64,000 nt of DNA from Armatimonadota bacterium (GTDB taxonomy: Bacteria; Armatimonadota; SYMT01): the NCBI GenBank assembly GCA_041690135.1, contig JAWLHY010000001.1:64001-128000 (forward strand), read 5' to 3'. The notes under the pieces are model-generated. The model did not search any database. It had not been told where the DNA came from and worked only from the letters and a program-made list of their open reading frames with translations. Below are positions 19,239-29,800 of this stretch, one piece after another (within the stretch, counting starts at the first letter, position 1; each line of letters opens with the position of its first letter). The position numbers and the translations under genes are program-made.

Positions 19239-22200
19239 TCAATCCCTGGGCGGGGAGGCGATCCGCCGCAGGATCCCGGCCACTCCATCGTCGTCCGTGC
19301 CGATGAACAGGTCGCGGGTGCCGTTCCCCGGCTCGCGGATGGCCAGGCTTTCGACTTTGACCCCGTCCAGGGTCCCCAGGGGGCGGGCGGTTTCGAAGAT
19401 GTTCACCACCGTGCTGCCTTCCGCGTCCCGTCCCAGGCGCCCGATGCGGAAGACGTGGCTCCGGAACGGCCCGTGGTCCCCGAGATCGCTAACGCCTGCG
19501 GCATAGATCCATCCTTCCGAATCGATCTCCAGCGCCGTGATGTGCCGGCGATGGGGTCCCTTCAAGCTCGGAGCGGCATACGGCTTGCAGTCGTGGCTGA
19601 TGATAGTCCCCGAGCGGATCTCCCCCCAGTGGATCACCGTTTGGGTTTCACTCTCCCCGCGTTCGCCAAAGAGGAGCATCAGCCGGTCACCCATCCAGAA
19701 CGCAGCCGTCCCCTCGATGTTCCGGACCGTCTTCGGAAGGTCACCTTCGTGGTAGAGCCGCGCTTCCCCATCCCCGGTAAGCTCTGCCGTGAACACCCGC
19801 CGGAAGCGCGGATTGACCCCACTCTCCACCAGTAGGAACCGGGGCTTACCGGGTCCCTCGCCGGGCTTGGGCGGGATGCGGGCAATACTCTCCAGATCGT
19901 AAGGGGCCGGCTCCACCCCCTTGATCTTCAGCGGAGTAAACTGGCCGGTGTGCTCGTTCACCAGGCTCAGCCGCGCCTCCCCGTCTTTGGTGGTATCGTG
20001 CAGCACAAGGAAACGCTCGCCGTCCAGCCACGCGGCCCCGCTCAGATCGCGCGGGCAGGCGGAAGCCTTGGCTGGCGGCTGAGGGGCGGGCGCCGGCTCC
20101 ACGGGGACAGGACTCTTTACCTCGGGCTTCTCTTCCAGCGGCTCCATCAGGAACGCCGGCGGCTCGTCGCCAACCTCGGGCCGGCGCGGGACATCCACCA
20201 GCAGGTCGACCAGCTCGGCGACCGATGGGTAGATCGCGGTCTGCCCCAGGATGACGCTCTCCTGCACCACGCCTGCCTTGCTCGCCTGGCGGGTGAAGTA
20301 CCCGAGAATGGGGAGGTCCTTCAGGAGGGGAAGCTCGCGGACGAACGGAATGCCGCCCGTCCGGCGCTCGGGCAACCCGAGCTGCGAGTTTACCCCAAAG
20401 CGAGAGACCTCTCTCACTTCCAGGTTGGAGAGCTGGACTTCCGTGTTGACGGTATGCCGGTCCACCCGCGGGATGGACGGGTTGACGGTGCCGTCGGGCT
20501 CGCGCACCCGGACCGTGGCGGCATGGTCGAAGCGGAACCGAAGTGCCTGACCGGACGGGTCAAAGATCGGGGTAATCTTGAAAACGTCCCCGGTGTTGAG
20601 GCTGTACACCTCCCCCGGCGGTTCCTTCGGCTGCTCCTGAAGCAGGCTGAGCAGGCCCATGGCAGCCCCGATAACCGGGAGTGACGTGGTTCCGGCAAGG
20701 TTGGCCGCATTGGCCGTGGTCGCGGCCGTTACCCCCGCCCCGGCGGCCCGCGAGACCCGATCGGGCGCAAAGAAGGAGTTGTTGACCCCCTGGGCAAGCT
20801 GCCCAAGCTGTTGAGCCTGCTGCAGGAAGTCCTGTGCGCCCGCCAGTTCCACGTCGGCGGAAGCATTCGGTGAGACCCGCGCCACCAGACGGTTCGTGGC
20901 AAGGATAGAAGTGCGCTGGATCAGCCCGAGGTTCACGCGGGGGGCCGTCCCTCCGAACAGGCCGGCAATGCGGTCTCCCAGGCGGGTGCCCGGACCCGGT
21001 TTGTCGTGGATGGCGTCCTGGAGCCCTTGCAGGGTGGGGGCGACGAAGTAGTGGTCCAGGTCGTCCTCGGTGATGATCATCAGGCGCTTGATCATGTCGT
21101 CGGCCGCCGCCACGCGGGCTGTGGCCTGCGTCAACGTATTGCGGTTGCCTTCGGTGCCGGCCAGGTCCCAAGCCATGCGGTCGGCTCGGATCAGGACACC
21201 CCGCCCCGCGAGATCACCTCCCTTCATCCGCAGGGTCCCTCTGCTGTCGAGTTCGAGGAGTAGCGTTTTCGCGCCAAGCTGGCGGTAGCTGGGAGGGATG
21301 TCACATGGCTGCTTCACCCTTGCATCGATCTCGCGGAAATCCGCGGCAGAGTCCACGTGCGAGCGGCTGAGCCACCCAATCAACGGCAGATAGTCCTCTC
21401 GGTGCTTTCCGGCGCCGTCCCTGGTCACATCGACTTTCTTTCCGTTCGTCCGGCCCTTCCAGGCAAGGCTGCGATCGACCTGCTTGAGCAACCCGCGAAT
21501 CTCGGAGGCCACCGAGTAGCGTGCCTTGGCCTGGATAGCCAGCAAGACCTCGAGCTGGTTCGCGGTCATCTCGTCGTCGTTGAGGCCGGCGGTGCGGGCG
21601 TTCAACGCGCCGAACAGCACCTTGGGCATGGCGGGAAAAGCCGTGGCCCGCGATCCGTTCGCTCCGGCAGAACCCGTCACCCCATTGCCTTCCTGGCCGG
21701 TGATCAAGGTCCGCAGCACCTGAAGTGAGTCGTCCAGAAACCGGGCGTACTCCTTACGACGCTGCTCTTGTGCCTTCTGGTCGTCGTGGTTATCGGCGTC
21801 GCCGTTGATTTCGCGACGGCTGGAGAGGTTCACCAACTCGCGAGAAAAATCGCGCAGTACGCGGAGACGGGAAGAGCGTCGCCCCAGGGTCAGCACGAAC
21901 ATGGTCTCGCCAAGCGTCGTGCAGTGCGCCGGATCGGGGATGGTCCAGCGGGTTACGTATTCCAGGTCCTTGAGGTAAAGTCGAAGTTGCCTCACATTCC
22001 CCTGGTGCTCAAGAAACTGCTTCCGTTCCGCAGATGGCAGCTCCTGCAACTCCGACTCCGGCCGCTCTTCCGCCAGGGCGAAGGCGGCAACGCGCATCCC
22101 ATCCAGCATTGCCGACACCTGCTCGGTCACAACGCCAAGTGCATCGCGAAAGCTCGTGAGCTCGTCGAGCTTCCGTGCGTGGACCACTGCTGTGTTGAGA

Positions 22201-25200
22201 CGCTCCTGAAACACCGTTTGCTGCTGTTCAAGGCGGGGCGACCGTGATGTAGCATCACCTTCGGCCTTTCGTGTCTCTTCTTCGAGCACCTGGCATGACG
22301 AACCACAGGGGGAGACGGGCGGTTCGTTCTCTTCGTCCGAGGGCAAAGGCCCGTAACCCTGGAGATACGCGCGGTCTTCTTGCTTGAGGGACAGCTTTCC
22401 CAGCCGAAGCCGTTCGCCTCGCGCTTCATCCAGCCGATCCTGGACTTGCTGCGCAACCTTCCGGATAGATAAGGTAGCACCCTGCAGTTGTTTAACGAGT
22501 GTGTCGATTTGCGTGGAGCACTTTTCAAGACTTTTAAGTTCTCGCAGCCACAACTCGACTCGCGGCAGTGATTGGTTCCGGGCCTCGTCGAAGGCCGCGG
22601 AGGCAAACTCATCGAGCAGTTGCCGGTCTTTGCGCAGGCCCTTGATCTCTTTGGAACCCTCTTTCCCTTCCAACTTGAGCTTTTCGATTCGGTAGTTCAG
22701 GCCGGCGATCGCCTCGGTGAGATGGGCAATGTCCTGGATGTCGCCATGCAGCCGCAGCACCTGGGTGGCCGCGGACCACCAGGCGCGGTAGGGAAGCTTG
22801 AAGCCGAGCCGCTCGCGGATCTCCGGTGGGTAGAAGAAGTACCGGTTCAAGCGGGCGTCCAGCTCCAGAGCGGTGCCCCGGGTCAGGTTCCGCATTCCCT
22901 GGGCTACCTGGTTGACTTCCTTGTTAACGGAGTTCCGCAGCACCTCCTGGATCGTCGTGATGTTGTTGCGCAAGTGGCGCAACTCCGTGTTGATCATCCG
23001 GACGCGCCCGTTGATGGCGTTAGGATCGCGGCTGTTGAGTTGCATCGTCCAGAGCGTGACGCGCGCCTGCGGTGCGGGCCGGTCGAAACCGGCAATCACG
23101 TCCAGGGCCTTCTCCACATCTTCCGGAAGGCCGCGGATGAAGAGGGTTTTGCTGTCCGCGAAGGCGTACATCATCACCCGCTTGATCGGATCGGTGCTGC
23201 GGAAGTTTGCCGGGGCGAAGTAGATCGGCGTGTTCTCGCGGGCCGTGCCGAACGCTTCCGCCTCGATCCGGGCCTGGAACACGATGCTCTGCCGGAGGCC
23301 TGCCACGGCTGTCTGCAGTTCCGAAAGATCCGACCGCACCGCCGCAAGGTTCTGGGCTTTCCCCTCCTTCTCACCCGTCAGCAGGTCCAGCTCGTTCTTC
23401 TGATTGGTGTGCGCACCTTCGGCGGCCTCTACCAACTTGCTCTGGTTCTTCACCCGCTCCGTAGCTGCGTCATCATCCGCCTTGGCTTCCGCGGCAAGCT
23501 TCTTTGCGTCGGCAAGCGCCGCCTCGGCCTTCACCAGCGCTTCCGCGGCCCCTTCTTCGTTGGCATCCTTCTTCTGCCGCGCCTCCGTCACGGTCTGCTC
23601 CTTGCGGGTGACGTCGGCATCCTTTTTGCCCTTGGCGGTAGCGGTCTCGACCTGCTTGTCCTTCAGCTCCGACTCGGTGGATCTCAGACCTGAGAGTGTC
23701 TTCGCAGCCGCACTCACCTTCTGGCCCTGGATCCGGATCTTCTCCTCGAGCACCACCACCTGGCGCTGGAGGTCCGCGACCCGGCCCTGCTTTTCGAAGA
23801 GCTCCTGCTCACTCTTCAGCAGCTTGTTCTGAAGGTTCTGCCCGCGTGCAACTGCAACCCGTCCTTCCGGATTGAGGATGGTCGTCGCGCCGTTGAGGGT
23901 CTGCATCAGGCGCGGCACGTTGTCGAAGTAGAACAGGCGCACCTGTTCATTCACGAAGTGGTCGACATCGCCCGTGAACGACTCCTCCAACAGCAGCACT
24001 GCCTGCGCGAGGAGGTCGCGCTGCGAGCGCGCGTCCTTATAGGCCCGGTTCGCGTACTCGATGGGAGTCTCGTACCGTGTATTCAACTGCGCGGCCAGGA
24101 GCGGCCAGTCCTGGTCGGCCCGCCGGAGGTCGGCCACCAGGGATTTCGCCGGAGCAAGAGCTTCGTGGGTCTCACCAAGATCGAGTGCCGGATCGCGCTT
24201 ATCCTTGAGGCTATCGCGGATCTGCTTGATGATGGCATCTCGCCGGTTGCCCACCTTCAGGTTCTGCTCGCCAGCATAGTCCCGCATGCGAGCCCAAAGC
24301 CGTTCGAAGTTCCCCACGCACTGGTCACATTCATTGCTGTTGGTGACCACCGTTTTCAGATAGCTATTGCCGGTATCGGTCTCTTCCTTCCAACCTCCGG
24401 GTAAAAGGCCGGCTGCCAGGGTTTCGGCCGCTCCTTTGGAATAGTCGTTACCCGCCTGGAGCGGTGCGGCAGCCTTCTTCATCGGCGGATTCAGGGCTTC
24501 CGCCTGCCCAAACGCGGGAAGTTGCACCGCCAGAGCGCCGTGGATCCCGGCGTCTTTCCGCTCCTTCAACAGGGTCGGAAAACCGGTGACGAGGAAGCGC
24601 TGCTGATGGGACCCCGCGACTCGCTTCGCGGCCGTAAGATAACCGTTGGCTGCCGTCCGGAGCTTCTTATCGCCTTCGTGCAGCTCTTTGAGCCGGACCA
24701 GCAGGCCGTTCAACTGGGTGTGCGCGTTCCTCGCCACATCGTATCCCGGCACTTTCGCGTCGAGCGCCGTTTTCGCATCGGCCACGGCCTTCTCCGCCGT
24801 CGCCAGTTCCTTCTTCTTTTCTGCGATCTTGGCCTCGTCCTTCGGATCCGCTTTCTCGAGGGCGGCCAGTTCCTCGGCACGAGCTTTCCGGCTCGTCTCC
24901 GCGGCAGCCAGTGCATCGGCCTCGGTCTTGCGCCGGGAGTCGGCCTCGGCAAGAGCATCCGCCAGAGACTTGATGGTCTTGCGGAGCTCACTGTTCTTTG
25001 CGGGATCCCGGGGGTCTTCCTGGAGATGCTTCTGGAGTTCTGCGTCCAGACCGTGCTCGCCGCCGATCGGAGTCGCTTTCAGGACCTCCGCGGCCTCCTG
25101 GAGTTTTGCAATGCCTTCGGCATCGAGCGCGGCATCTTTAGCTGCTGCCAGCTTCGCCTGCAGCTTATCGCCGTTGTCCGCGACGGGTTTTACTTCTCCG

Positions 25201-25352
25201 GCAAAGGTGATGGCCTTGCCCGTGGGTCCCGCCAGCTTGGGGTCGAGGTTGGTCTGTGCCGACAGCTCGACCAGTCCCAGGGCGAGGGACAGTCCGATGC
25301 AGACCGGAAGGAGGCGCACGAGGTGCAGCACGGGACGGAATGGGTATCGCAT
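19239..25352 (-). CDS. Giant secreted protein with coiled coils, split secretin-like motifs and a C-terminal beta-propeller-like domain
   Basis: Signal peptide; TLFIRGLPEDVEKALDVIAGFDRPAPQARV (secretin N3/core junction); LPLLKDLPILGYFTR...ESVIL (secretin C-terminal signature); Pro-rich linker, then DLSG/DLES/NIEG/KVES repeats. Confidence 0.72.
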   Translation of the reverse strand: MRYPFRPVLHLVRLLPVCIGLSLALGLVELSAQTNLDPKLAGPTGKAITFAGEVKPVADNGDKLQAKLAAAKDAALDAEGIAKLQEAAEVLKATPIGGEHGLDAELQKHLQEDPRDPAKNSELRKTIKSLADALAEADSRRKTEADALAAAETSRKARAEELAALEKADPKDEAKIAEKKKELATAEKAVADAKTALDAKVPGYDVARNAHTQLNGLLVRLKELHEGDKKLRTAANGYLTAAKRVAGSHQQRFLVTGFPTLLKERKDAGIHGALAVQLPAFGQAEALNPPMKKAAAPLQAGNDYSKGAAETLAAGLLPGGWKEETDTGNSYLKTVVTNSNECDQCVGNFERLWARMRDYAGEQNLKVGNRRDAIIKQIRDSLKDKRDPALDLGETHEALAPAKSLVADLRRADQDWPLLAAQLNTRYETPIEYANRAYKDARSQRDLLAQAVLLLEESFTGDVDHFVNEQVRLFYFDNVPRLMQTLNGATTILNPEGRVAVARGQNLQNKLLKSEQELFEKQGRVADLQRQVVVLEEKIRIQGQKVSAAAKTLSGLRSTESELKDKQVETATAKGKKDADVTRKEQTVTEARQKKDANEEGAAEALVKAEAALADAKKLAAEAKADDDAATERVKNQSKLVEAAEGAHTNQKNELDLLTGEKEGKAQNLAAVRSDLSELQTAVAGLRQSIVFQARIEAEAFGTARENTPIYFAPANFRSTDPIKRVMMYAFADSKTLFIRGLPEDVEKALDVIAGFDRPAPQARVTLWTMQLNSRDPNAINGRVRMINTELRHLRNNITTIQEVLRNSVNKEVNQVAQGMRNLTRGTALELDARLNRYFFYPPEIRERLGFKLPYRAWWSAATQVLRLHGDIQDIAHLTEAIAGLNYRIEKLKLEGKEGSKEIKGLRKDRQLLDEFASAAFDEARNQSLPRVELWLRELKSLEKCSTQIDTLVKQLQGATLSIRKVAQQVQDRLDEARGERLRLGKLSLKQEDRAYLQGYGPLPSDEENEPPVSPCGSSCQVLEEETRKAEGDATSRSPRLEQQQTVFQERLNTAVVHARKLDELTSFRDALGVVTEQVSAMLDGMRVAAFALAEERPESELQELPSAERKQFLEHQGNVRQLRLYLKDLEYVTRWTIPDPAHCTTLGETMFVLTLGRRSSRLRVLRDFSRELVNLSSRREINGDADNHDDQKAQEQRRKEYARFLDDSLQVLRTLITGQEGNGVTGSAGANGSRATAFPAMPKVLFGALNARTAGLNDDEMTANQLEVLLAIQAKARYSVASEIRGLLKQVDRSLAWKGRTNGKKVDVTRDGAGKHREDYLPLIGWLSRSHVDSAADFREIDARVKQPCDIPPSYRQLGAKTLLLELDSRGTLRMKGGDLAGRGVLIRADRMAWDLAGTEGNRNTLTQATARVAAADDMIKRLMIITEDDLDHYFVAPTLQGLQDAIHDKPGPGTRLGDRIAGLFGGTAPRVNLGLIQRTSILATNRLVARVSPNASADVELAGAQDFLQQAQQLGQLAQGVNNSFFAPDRVSRAAGAGVTAATTANAANLAGTTSLPVIGAAMGLLSLLQEQPKEPPGEVYSLNTGDVFKITPIFDPSGQALRFRFDHAATVRVREPDGTVNPSIPRVDRHTVNTEVQLSNLEVREVSRFGVNSQLGLPERRTGGIPFVRELPLLKDLPILGYFTRQASKAGVVQESVILGQTAIYPSVAELVDLLVDVPRRPEVGDEPPAFLMEPLEEKPEVKSPVPVEPAPAPQPPAKASACPRDLSGAAWLDGERFLVLHDTTKDGEARLSLVNEHTGQFTPLKIKGVEPAPYDLESIARIPPKPGEGPGKPRFLLVESGVNPRFRRVFTAELTGDGEARLYHEGDLPKTVRNIEGTAAFWMGDRLMLLFGERGESETQTVIHWGEIRSGTIISHDCKPYAAPSLKGPHRRHITALEIDSEGWIYAAGVSDLGDHGPFRSHVFRIGRLGRDAEGSTVVNIFETARPLGTLDGVKVESLAIREPGNGTRDLFIGTDDDGVAGILRRIASPPRD

Positions 25353-25394
25353 GGATTCAAGAACCTGTGGGGAACGTGAGACTGGAAGGCGAGC

Positions 25395-26723
25395 TCAAGG
25401 GTGCAGCCCCCGGCCGTGCGGGGTCAGGTCGACCTGGGCAATTCCTTGCTCCCCGCGGGCCAGGTAGCGGAGAGTGCGGTTATTCTGCCACCGGGGAGTG
25501 GTCAAGTGAGCGCTGTGCCCGGACCACTCAACCCCATTCACAACCACCAATCGCGCGGGATCGCTTACGGCGTACGAGAGCCACCGGCCGTCGGGGCTGA
25601 AGCGAAGACTGTTAGGCTCGATGCGCCGGTAGACCTTGAGCGGCCGGCCGTCAAGGATGACAGCCTGTTGCCCGGGGGACAGGCTCGCGACATAGGCAAG
25701 GCGGCGGCCGTCGGGGGAGAAGAGGAGGCTGGAGTCGTCGATATCCGCGAGACGCGGGCCCAGGTTGCCTCCGTTTACGAGCCGCCACTCGCCACCGGAC
25801 TCTGCGGGAAAGACCATCTGGGGTCCCACGGGGTTGAAATGAATCGAGCCGACCCGAGTGTAGGGTCCCCGTTCCATCTCCTCATTTGAGTGGGTCCGAT
25901 CCGTTTCAGCGAGGATGACGCGCTCCCGGCCGTACTCGTCGGTGGCGACGTAGGCCAGCAGCCTACCGTCACTGCTGAATACGGGCCGGTCAACAGAAGG
26001 CGCCGGACGGGACCAGGGGACGCCGTCCAGGTAGATTTTCTGGGTTCGCCCATCATCCCCCATGAACGCAATTCTTTTTCCATCCGGACTGAATACCGGA
26101 TCTCCCACCGCCGCAAAACCCGTCCAACTGTGGCCCTGGTTCGTCTCGACCCGCCATGACGAAGCATCGCGCGCCGCGAGGGCAAGTGAGCGCCCGTCCG
26201 GACTGAAAACCAGCGAAGAGGCGCGGATCTCCTCGAGATGACAGAGGGAAGTTCCATCGCAAACGGCGAGCGACTTGCGCCCACTCCGACCTACAAAAGC
26301 GGAGTGGCGTCCATCGGCACTGACCCGGACGCTCGCAGGATCGATGGAGTGGTAGGCCGGCCCTTCGTGGAAGCCGACCACCACGTGCATCCCTTTGGGT
26401 GAACGGGCGACGTAGGTGATCTGGTGGTTCTCGGTAAAGCGAATGGTCGCCGGTTCGATCGAGTAGTAGGGGCGTCCCGGCACTCCGTTTATAGTGACCC
26501 AATCCACGCCGGCCCCGCGGACGTGGAAGGCCACCCGGTTGAGATCCCGGGAAACGACGGCCGCGCTCCGCTTCCCTTCTGGAATGGCTCCGAGGGGCGC
26601 GATAACGGCGGTGAGATGAGCGCCGCGAGTGCCCGCTTCGCCGGCAGGCGGCAGGGAGGCGGCGCCAACGGTAACCGCAATCAATCCCGAACGTGAGATA
26701 AGGGTGCACATGGATCTGGGCAT
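25395..26723 (-). CDS. Secreted WD40/TolB(PD40)-like beta-propeller protein
   Basis: Repeated FSPDG(R/K)xxA(Y/F) motifs; N-terminal signal peptide. Confidence 0.85.
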   Translation of the reverse strand: MPRSMCTLISRSGLIAVTVGAASLPPAGEAGTRGAHLTAVIAPLGAIPEGKRSAAVVSRDLNRVAFHVRGAGVDWVTINGVPGRPYYSIEPATIRFTENHQITYVARSPKGMHVVVGFHEGPAYHSIDPASVRVSADGRHSAFVGRSGRKSLAVCDGTSLCHLEEIRASSLVFSPDGRSLALAARDASSWRVETNQGHSWTGFAAVGDPVFSPDGKRIAFMGDDGRTQKIYLDGVPWSRPAPSVDRPVFSSDGRLLAYVATDEYGRERVILAETDRTHSNEEMERGPYTRVGSIHFNPVGPQMVFPAESGGEWRLVNGGNLGPRLADIDDSSLLFSPDGRRLAYVASLSPGQQAVILDGRPLKVYRRIEPNSLRFSPDGRWLSYAVSDPARLVVVNGVEWSGHSAHLTTPRWQNNRTLRYLARGEQGIAQVDLTPHGRGLHP

Positions 26724-26731
26724 CGCGAGCC

Positions 26732-29170
26732 TCAGTGAGATGCGGAGTTGGGGCGAGCCCGGCCGGTCAGTCGCACCGGCACCGGGCGAGGGGCGCCGGC
26801 CGGCGTGATCGTAAGAGTGGAGCGGAAGCTTCCCGGCAAGGCAGGATCGAAATGAAGCATTAACGTACGGCTCTGGCGCGGCAACAGGTGGATCACGGCA
26901 GGAGAGCTCTCCACAAAGAACGGAGCTACCGGAGTGCCGATCGTCAGCGTCATAGCCCCCTTGCCGGTATTGCGCAGGCGCAAGCGCCGTGTGACCGGAG
27001 CCGCGCCGACCCGAAGGGTGCCGAAACCCACCGCCCGCCGCACGGAGAGACGGCCGAGATTCTGTGGACTGATCTCGAGCACGAAGGCATCCGAAAGGCC
27101 TCCTGCCGGATTGCCGCTCACACTCTGGAGCGGCTTCTCCAGAGGGAACCCCTCGTAGAATCCGGTTTCGCGAATATCAACCGACGCCGTGCGGCCGACC
27201 ACCAGTACGCGGCGATTAGGGGCCAGTCCGATACCCCTGCCGGAGTCCGCTCCCAGCCCGCCCAGGTAGGAGGCATACTCGATCTCCGCCCCCGCCCGCC
27301 GGAGCGCAACGACAAAGGCGTCGGACGACCCCGATGCACCTAGCTGCAAGGGATTGACCTGCGGGAAGTCGCCGGAAACCGTCTCACCGGTAAGGTAAAC
27401 CGTCCCATCGGCGCCGACGGCCACCGCGCGAGCCCGGTCGTCACTTGAGCCGCCAATGAAGGTGGAGTACAGAGTCGTGGTTCCTTCGGCGTTCAGCTTC
27501 AGCACAAAGGCGTCGCTTCCGCCGGAGTAAGGGAAGAGCGTGTCCACGCAGGGAAAATCTGCCGAACCGGCCCCGCCCGCCAGGTAAACGCTCCCGGCGG
27601 CATCCAGGGCAAGGGCATGGACCTCGTCTTCGCTGCTGCCGGCCAGAAAGCTCAAGAACTCCAGCCCCGTCCCGTCTTCCTTGAGCCGCGAAACGAAACC
27701 GTTCCCGCCAGTGTTCGCCGGCGCCGTCACCCCCTCCATGGCTGGGAAGCTCTCGGAAATCGTACGTCCGGCGATCCAGGCTTTGCCGTCGGGCGTCACC
27801 CCCACGGCGTTGGCACGGTCGTCCTGGGCTCCCCCCACGTAAGTGAAGTACTGTCGCTGGCCCGGCACGAGCCGCGCGACAAAGGCATCCGAAGCTCCAC
27901 CGATTAGAGTCACGGTGGTATCTCCCGTAACCAGCGAAGGAGAACTGGTGGATCCCGCCAGGTAGAACCTGCCTTGAGGATCGATCGCCAGTCCGAGCGC
28001 ATCGTCATCCCCCGCTCCACCGAGGAACGTGGAGGAGACAATGTCGCGGCCCTGCGGAGATAGGACAGTCAGGAAGCCATCCGACTTGCCTCCCGCGAAA
28101 AGCTGCTGCGAAGCATCCCGGCGCGGAAAATCCTCGGAGCCGGTGGAGCCGGCTACAGCGATCCGCCCCTCGCGGGTGAGAGCGACGGCATTGCCGAATT
28201 CGTCGCCGGACCCACCCAGGTAGGTGCAGAAGACGAAGGAGGTGCGGGTTCGGTTCAGTCGCGCAATGAAGACATCGCGCATGCCGGCATTCGCGGGCTG
28301 GCCGGGAGAGAACGTGGGAAACTGAAGGGATGCCGTGGTACCTACTACGTAGGCATTACCGGCGGCGTCCACCGCCACCGCATTCGCCTGGTCCGGTCCT
28401 TCCCCGCCGAGATAGCTGCTGAAGAGCAGCACGGGATCGATCACCTGCGCCCGCCGCCTGTCAAAGGGACCGATCTTGAAGCCGATCTTCTTACCGGCAC
28501 GGACTTCAAAGCCGGCCGGGATTTCCCGCCGTTTCGCACCGACGCCCTGGTACGCCACGGGCCGCTTCTGAACAAAGGAAAAGCCACCCCGCGTGATCCG
28601 GAGATCGCCGGAAGGCTCGATTCGGACCGTATCCGCCCCTTCGATCTCCAGTTGCAGCATCGCTGGATCGACGCCCGGTTGCAACCGGAGATCATACTCC
28701 AGGTCTCCCCGGTTCGTGTAGTACACGAGATCCACACCGGGAAGTAGGTTCCGCGAACGGACGCGATGATAGGCGGGCACATCGGCCCGCCAGCGGGAAG
28801 GATCGCTGCCTACGAGGGAGTGGATCCGGGTCCGGATGCGCTCTTCACCGTAGAAGCGGCTCTTTCGGACGCCCGTGAGGCGCATCCGCGCACCCCCCTG
28901 GGTGGAAGACGGCCCGGGCAGCAGCATGGAGCCGTCTTCCAGCAGCAGAAGGTGGCCGGTACGCCCGCGGAACGCGAAGGCAACGCCAGCGTTCCACTGG
29001 CCTACGTTCTGCTCGAACGCCGGTAGAGGTCGGAGGGAACCCGGATCTCCGGCTTCGCCGGCGCTGGCAGCCGCGCCGGCAGGGTGTGGCCCGGCGAGTG
29101 TGGCGAGTACTGCCGCAAGTGTGGGAAGAACGCAGCGGGCAGGCAGCGGGAAAAACCTAAAAGTATGCAT
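26732..29170 (-). CDS. SBBP-repeat beta-propeller protein with a C-terminal ASH-like Ig domain
   Basis: FEQNVGQ, LEYD...PG, VIDPVL, seven (Y/F)LGGxxxD...AVDxxG...G.T.S.xFP repeats; tail GFGTLRVG...LRNTG...VRLTG. Confidence 0.88.
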   Translation of the reverse strand: MHTFRFFPLPARCVLPTLAAVLATLAGPHPAGAAASAGEAGDPGSLRPLPAFEQNVGQWNAGVAFAFRGRTGHLLLLEDGSMLLPGPSSTQGGARMRLTGVRKSRFYGEERIRTRIHSLVGSDPSRWRADVPAYHRVRSRNLLPGVDLVYYTNRGDLEYDLRLQPGVDPAMLQLEIEGADTVRIEPSGDLRITRGGFSFVQKRPVAYQGVGAKRREIPAGFEVRAGKKIGFKIGPFDRRRAQVIDPVLLFSSYLGGEGPDQANAVAVDAAGNAYVVGTTASLQFPTFSPGQPANAGMRDVFIARLNRTRTSFVFCTYLGGSGDEFGNAVALTREGRIAVAGSTGSEDFPRRDASQQLFAGGKSDGFLTVLSPQGRDIVSSTFLGGAGDDDALGLAIDPQGRFYLAGSTSSPSLVTGDTTVTLIGGASDAFVARLVPGQRQYFTYVGGAQDDRANAVGVTPDGKAWIAGRTISESFPAMEGVTAPANTGGNGFVSRLKEDGTGLEFLSFLAGSSEDEVHALALDAAGSVYLAGGAGSADFPCVDTLFPYSGGSDAFVLKLNAEGTTTLYSTFIGGSSDDRARAVAVGADGTVYLTGETVSGDFPQVNPLQLGASGSSDAFVVALRRAGAEIEYASYLGGLGADSGRGIGLAPNRRVLVVGRTASVDIRETGFYEGFPLEKPLQSVSGNPAGGLSDAFVLEISPQNLGRLSVRRAVGFGTLRVGAAPVTRRLRLRNTGKGAMTLTIGTPVAPFFVESSPAVIHLLPRQSRTLMLHFDPALPGSFRSTLTITPAGAPRPVPVRLTGRARPNSASH

Positions 29171-29527
29171 CTGGCTGGGGTAACATCGTTCGGCCCCGCA
29201 AAGTGCGGGCTGCCGGCTGCTTGTTTCCGGCCGCTGTAATACACCCCTTCGCCTGATCTGGCTATTTTCGTCCCATTCCACTTACCTGGTGTCCGCGAGC
29301 TTAGCTCGGCTGAACCGGCAGGTAGAGGTCCTAATTGCCTCGTCGACCGGCACCTGGCTGCAATTGTTCACATGGATTTCGAACGGGGGGCCGGGCGGCG
29401 CCCTTCCGGAAGCGGCGATACCGCACCGCTACGCGCAGGAGATTGCCTGTGAGGCAAGTCAATACAAGTCCGTCTGACTGCACTCCCGCCCGTCACGCCC
29501 CTGGGCAAAAAATCCCAGAATCCAGCT

Positions 29528-29800
29528 TCAGCTCTCGCCGTGCACCTCTCCGAGTCTGGGCGCCCTTTGGGTTATCTCCGTAGTGAGAACATCTTCCGAT
29601 CGGAGCCAGCCGTTAACGGCGGCCCAGGCGATCATCTGGGTGAGGTAGCGGCAGCCGGACTTATCCCGGAGGTGGTCCAGGTGAGCGTCGACGGTATGGG
29701 GCGAGATGTACAGCGACCGGGCCGCTGCGGCGATCGTGCCGTGGACGGCGATCGCCTGCAGAACCTCGATCTCTTTGGGGGTGGGGGTATTCTGGCGCAT
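29528..29800 (-). CDS. Stand-alone LuxR-type HTH transcriptional regulator
   Basis: TPKEIEVLQAIA...AARSLYISPHTVDAHLDHLRDK...A..NGW. Confidence 0.85.
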   Translation of the reverse strand: MRQNTPTPKEIEVLQAIAVHGTIAAAARSLYISPHTVDAHLDHLRDKSGCRYLTQMIAWAAVNGWLRSEDVLTTEITQRAPRLGEVHGES

